From the NCBI RefSeq assembly GCF_006345805.1, contig NC_042998.1:158100001-158164000 (forward strand): 64,000 nt of DNA, written 5' to 3'. Below, one piece after another: positions 58,861 to 64,000 of the stretch (position 1 is its first letter; each line of letters starts with the position of its first letter). The notes beneath the pieces are model-generated. The model was not told the DNA's origin. It worked only from the letters and a program-made list of their open reading frames with translations, and made no database searches. Both the position numbers and the translations under genes were made by a program. Source of the DNA: Octopus sinensis. Its lineage: Eukaryota.

Positions 58861-60198
58861 ACTAGTATATATATATATATATAATATATATATATATATA
58901 CACACACACATACACACACATATACATATATATGTGGTGTGTCTGTGCGCATACAGCATACACACATCACACACACACGCACATACATATATTGTAGTGT
59001 ATATATGTGCACAGGACTGTTGATAGGTAGCTTCAGTTTAAATGCTTGTGATAATTAGTTATGCTCAGATTCTGAATTCAAACTGAACCGGGATGGACAT
59101 AGCTTTTTAACTTTGGGAAGTCGATAAAAGAAATAGCAAACGACAATTACTTTTCCTGCAAGAATTCAACGTCACTAACAACCCGTTCGTGGATAAAATC
59201 CATCACTGAAATAACAAGCAACTGAATTTCCTTGTCTACTTTAGGTGTGGATAAAAAATAAAGAATTGTATGCAATTATGTATTATTTAGCTATGTGTGT
59301 ATTTTAATATAGATATTGGTCTGTACTGTTATGTATAGTTTTCTTGATTATTATAACTACAACACAGTAAATTTCAATTATTGAGGCATGTCAGCGATAG
59401 ATATATACATATACATGTTGTTTTGTTAGAATATAAGTAAGAAGTGCGAGAAAGTCGTATGAACTAACAAAACTTATTTAAAACTATTGGAAATTAGACG
59501 AAATTTTGTCCCTTGATGTGATTTATTCTGAGATTGCATGTTTTCGAGACAGAAAATTGTCAAGGTTATAAGATTTGATCCAATCACTGTCATTGTTTTT
59601 CTCCTCCAGTAATTGTAGCAATGTAAGAATGTATTTACATTGACATTTTCGTGTGTCTTACTCTCTGGCATTTGATGCTATCACGCATCGAATCTAACTT
59701 ATCACATGTCCAAACTGTTAAAGGCCGCATCATATAATCGACAAAACCATTTACACGGCTGACATTGAATGCCACAATGAAAGTGAGTGTATTATAAAGA
59801 GTAGAGTAAAAATTCAGTAACAAAACACAACCGGACAAGTAGCAAAGATGGTGATAGCGTGTAATGCTGAACTGAAATCAACAGAAAATTGAGGAAGAAA
59901 TACTTTGAATTTTGTGTTTTATTATATATTTTTTATTAGGCTTCATTTTGCGTGCAACTGCCAACTTTGACACGTCATTTCTTTGATAGATTTATATATC
60001 TCTTTATGAGATTAATTAGAATTTTTCAAGATTTTCGCACTAAATTTCGAAAGGAAAACATCTAACTTTGTTCCGTTATTAAATTAATTTCATGTGATTT
60101 TTCGAACAACGATTATTTATTACAAAAACAATAGTATAATGGTCCCTTGATTTAGAAAACAGCTATATTTTGTTTAAAAACTCAATAAAAAGGTTCAC

Positions 60199-60605
60199 TT
60201 GGCGCAGGAAGTGGCTGTGTGGTAAGTAGCTTGCTTACCAACCACATTCATTTCCACTGCGTGGAACCTTGGGCAAGTGTCTTCTACTATAGCCTCGGGC
60301 CGACCAAACATTTGTGAGTGGATTTGGTAGACAGAAACGGAAAGAAGCCCGTCGTATATACATGTATATATATATATACATGTATATATGTATATGTGTG
60401 TGTGTTTGTGTTTGTCCCCCAACATCGCTTGACAACCGATGCTGGTGTGTTTACGTCCCCGTAACTTAGCGGTTCGGCAAAAAATACCGATAGAATAAGT
60501 ACTTGGCTTGCAAAGAATAAGTCCTGGGGTCGATTTACTCGACTAAAGTGCGGTTGTCCAGCATGGCTACAGCAAAATGACTGACACATGTAAAAGAGTA
60601 AAGGG
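60199..60605 (+). mobile_element. Full SINE family B copy
   Basis: ggcgcaggaagtggctgtgtggtaagtagc..ccttgggcaagtgtcttctactatagcctcggg..(TA)n(TG)n..aaatgactgac..aaaagagtaaaggg. Confidence 0.9.
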
Positions 60606-61571
60606 AGTAAAGAAAGTATATATCACTATAAAGCAAATAAGTTATACTTCGGGTGAAAAGATGTTAGTTACAGTTATTTCATTTAATTGGGTATGTCAAA
60701 AATTCGGAAATTCGTTTCTGTAGGTGTAATACTTCCCCGTCATAAGGTTTAAAGCCAGCTCACCATCCTTATAACACAGCAGGAGATATTATGATATAAG
60801 AGTGAGTCTGTAGGCATCCACTATTATTCGTTGCTTATCCTGATGAACAGCGTCCTGACTCCCAAGGCTCTCAGAAGGAGAAATTTCGGTAAGGAAGGAT
60901 AAAATTCTATGATACCAAACAGGAGTATAATACACTTGCTTTGTACTCAAAACCGCAGATCTACTTGCTAACGGCGTCGTTGTACTTTCATTGGATAAAT
61001 ATAGCGACTCATTTAAAACCAGAATTAATAGCATCAAAGATATGCTAGATTTCTGTGCGTTTTTCCATTTTAAAAAAGGTAATCAACCTACATTTATGAT
61101 TGAAAAAAGAATAAATATGTGCCGACGTAAATGGAAGCACATAGCAAAATTATCCGCACTATCTTCTGCTTTTAACAGATTGGCTAGGAGCCATCTGTCA
61201 AAATAGAAGACCCATCGTTATCATGTGGAATATCCTCGAGCAACTTAAAGGATTCTTTGCGTATGGAGTCATACACTTTCTTAAGTTCTCTGGATATGTT
61301 GTGCTCTTCATACTCCTCTCTATTTAATGTGTGAAATCAACTCTTTAACATTACCATCTCTTTACTAAACTGCCTGGTTTATGCATTCTTACTAAAATTT
61401 TCCTGTACGGTATCGGACATACACTAAGACGTCAGAACCAATAACATTTCGAATCATCCAACCATTTCTGTGGGAGATATCTTCAGTATGTTGAATAGCA
61501 GGTTTTACTAAATTGAGTGGATAATTTTTCAGAACATTAATTAAATTATTTTTTGATATTCCTTTTCACTA

Positions 61572-61970
61572 AGGCGGCGAGCTGAGAGAATCGCTAGCAC
61601 GCCGGGCGAAATGCGTAGCCGGATTTCGTCTGCCGTAACGTTCTGAGTTCAAATTCCGCCGAGGTCGACTTTGCCTTTCATCCTTTCGGGGTCGATTAAA
61701 TAAGTACCAGTTACGCACTGGGATCGATATAATCGACTTAATCCGTTTGTCTGTCCTTGTTTGTCCTCTTTGTGTTTAGCCCCTTGTGGGTAATAAAGAA
61801 ATAGGTATTTCGTCTGCCGCTACGTTCTGAATTCAAATTCCGCCGAGGTCGACTTTGCCTTTCATCCTTTCGGGCTCGAATAAATTAAGTACCAGTTGCG
61901 TCCTGGGGACGATCTAATCGACTGGCTCCCTCCCCCAAAATTTTGAGCCTTGTGCCTAAAGTAGAAAAGA
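61572..61970 (+). mobile_element. Full composite SINE family A with 16-bp TSD
   Basis: TSD atattccttttcacta (61556-61571) / atatttcttttcacta (61971-61986). Same duplicated core and linker as 50436-50830. Confidence 0.92.
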
Positions 61971-62649
61971 ATATTTCTTTTCACTAGTTTTATGTACAGT
62001 CCAGAAACTTTCTATGTGGTTGTTTTATCTGATACAGAAATAGCAATAAAATTTCTATAAAATCTCTCTCTCAAAGTTGATAAGGAATAGAATTTTAAAA
62101 ATATGCTTCAGATGCAAAATACGTAAAAAAGACTGACGTGGTGACGGCTTTGATTGCTTTTGACTTGCATGGTTTTAAACAAGAACGTAAGCAAGGGACC
62201 TTTTGAACTTCTGTGGCGTTAAAGTGGATGCGAAACAAATTTTCCGGATATGAAACTAGGCTACCAAATGTGACTTTCCCCGGGGATGCTGATTACTTTA
62301 ATAAACCAAATGCAGCTTACAGTAGTAAAATTCACTCCAACTTCTGATACTTACTAACAATGAGACAACGAAGATATATTGACAAGCGCTCGCTTAACCA
62401 GTAAGAGATTGCTTTCAAGTATCTCGAATAGCACATAGCCTACCGTTTTATAATTAGAAGAAAACATTGGATTATGCTATCCTAAATACAATACACATGA
62501 AAGAAAACGGGCACGACGCACTGGTACGTGTATGTTCATAAGTTTATTGTATCAGTGCAGACTCAGAGATAAGCAACAATAATAACAACAGCATCATTTT
62601 ACTAAAAGTAGTACAATAAGCTACTGAGTGTTTTGACCAAGTGTCTTGA

Positions 62650-62980
62650 CTGATTATAGGAGTAGCAACAGGAAACGAACCAGCAACATTGCTATTCCTT
62701 ACATCTCCGCTGTTCCTCCAAAAATTATTGACTCAGATATCTGCATCTCCCTTTTAACTCTATCCTCCCAGCGTTTGTTCTTTTATCTACGATATCCATA
62801 TTGTTTCATCAGTGAATGCCATTTTGTCACATTGCGGCCATCTTATCTTCAAATGCCGTCTCGTGTCTATCATTCCCATCATACTTAGTTTTCTTGTCTA
62901 AAGGTGCCATATTGATATAGCTGCCATCCACTAGTTTCTTCCAATCTTCCTCGCTGCATCTTAAAATCTGAATGATAAAC
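62650..62980 (-). mobile_element. RTE-like LINE 3' relic
   Basis: Minus strand: LKIRWPQC (RWAGH-like) and TKW..RR*KNKRWEDRVKREM (RP..RW.D..K.D-like). Confidence 0.45.
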
Positions 62981-62999
62981 AAATGAATATGATACTGAA

Positions 63000-63480
63000 T
63001 ATTAGTAAATAAAAATATTGACAGATTCGGATAATGTGACACAAAACAAATGTTATGGAAAAAAAGCAAATAAATAAAAGAAGAGAGATAGCAGAAAAAG
63101 AGGCAAGATATAGAAACAAGACTTAAGAAGAGAAAAAAATAAAATGTTTAGTTTGGAATAAAAGGTGGAAAAGAGAGGGTAACGAAGAGAAGTTGGAAGA
63201 GAAAAAAGAACGGAGAAAAAAAACAAATACAAAGAAAGAAGAGACGAAATAAAACAAAGAAATGCACAAAAGAAAGAAAAAAGACAGGAAAAAAGGTAAA
63301 TGAAAAAAGTAGAAAGAAAAGCAGAAATAAGGTAAATTGGGGGAAAAAAGAAAGGAAAATAAGAAAGATAATATAAAGGACGAAGGAAATGAAAAAGAAA
63401 GATGTGTTATATATTAATAGCAATAAAATTCTGACAGAGAGAAAGAGAGAGAGGGAGGGTGAGGGAGAGAGAGAGAGTTA
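63000..63480. repeat. Purine-rich (AAAG/GAA/GA) low-complexity tract, followed by a degenerate (TTTGG/TTTAG)n at ~63560-63780
   Basis: Read directly. Confidence 0.85.
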
Positions 63481-64000
63481 CTTTTAATAAGAGACACAAT
63501 AGCATACGATATCGGAATCTATTGGAATAATATTGTTGGGTTATTTCCTTGTATTTGGCTTCGTAGTTTTGCGTTTTTATATTTCTGATTAGAATGACTT
63601 GATTTAGTTTAGTTAAGGTTTGATTTGGTTTAGTTTGGCTTCCATTCGATTTCTTTGGTTTAGTTTAATCTTTGCCTAGTTTGTGTAGTACGGATTGGGT
63701 TGGTTTTATTTCTTTTCATTTCGTTTTAAATTTTGTACGATTTAGGTTCTTTGTCTGGTTTCCATTTCTTTGGTCTGATGTGATTTAAAGCTACTCCTTT
63801 ATCAAAATCAAATTTTCTGCTTTCTTAGGTTATTTCATAGTCATTATTTGTTGTTTTTGTTGTTTATATTCGTCTTGTTATTGTTGTAGATGTGTCGCTA
63901 TTAATTGTTTAATTCTTGTCATCACTAGTGTAAGTGTTACCTCACTAATTGTGTGACAATGAAATAATAAGACAAGAACTTGATAAGATCCGTTATGTTA

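Noticed and set aside
62827-62970. Minus-strand exon with a strong acceptor (RCSEEDWKKLVDG..)
   Set aside because: Adjacent frames give RTE-like RW..H and RW.D..K motifs, so it is better explained as a LINE relic.

Overview
AT-rich, microsatellite- and repeat-dense animal DNA. The SINE families and repeat landscape fit an octopus or other coleoid cephalopod (inference). The only well-supported host gene is the 3' end of an ABHD8-like alpha/beta-hydrolase gene on the + strand, with an exon at 3171-3378 and a ~4.5 kb terminal exon at 4047-8593. After the hydrolase fold the reading frame continues for ~1,480 aa of Ser/Asn/Glu-rich, probably disordered sequence, with one apparent 1-nt frameshift at ~5555. 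This tail carries eight copies of an unrecognised [LIM]-x-[VLI]-x-[EDQN]-W-A-E-[RK]-H motif, and every Trp in the tail sits in a W-A-x-x-H context. The other ~55 kb is a transposon graveyard: a TIR/TSD-complete Buster-type hAT with a nested non-autonomous Helitron, two mariners, four Penelope-like (PLE) relics (one next to a complete minimal type I hammerhead ribozyme), R4/Dong, L1-like, CR1-like and RTE-like LINE fragments, three tRNA-derived SINE families, MITEs, local duplications and palindromes. A pair of candidate exons of an unidentified minus-strand gene lies at 27.8-28.4 kb. All family assignments come from recognising motifs by eye, with no database search. TE and SINE boundaries are approximate unless TIRs or TSDs are quoted.
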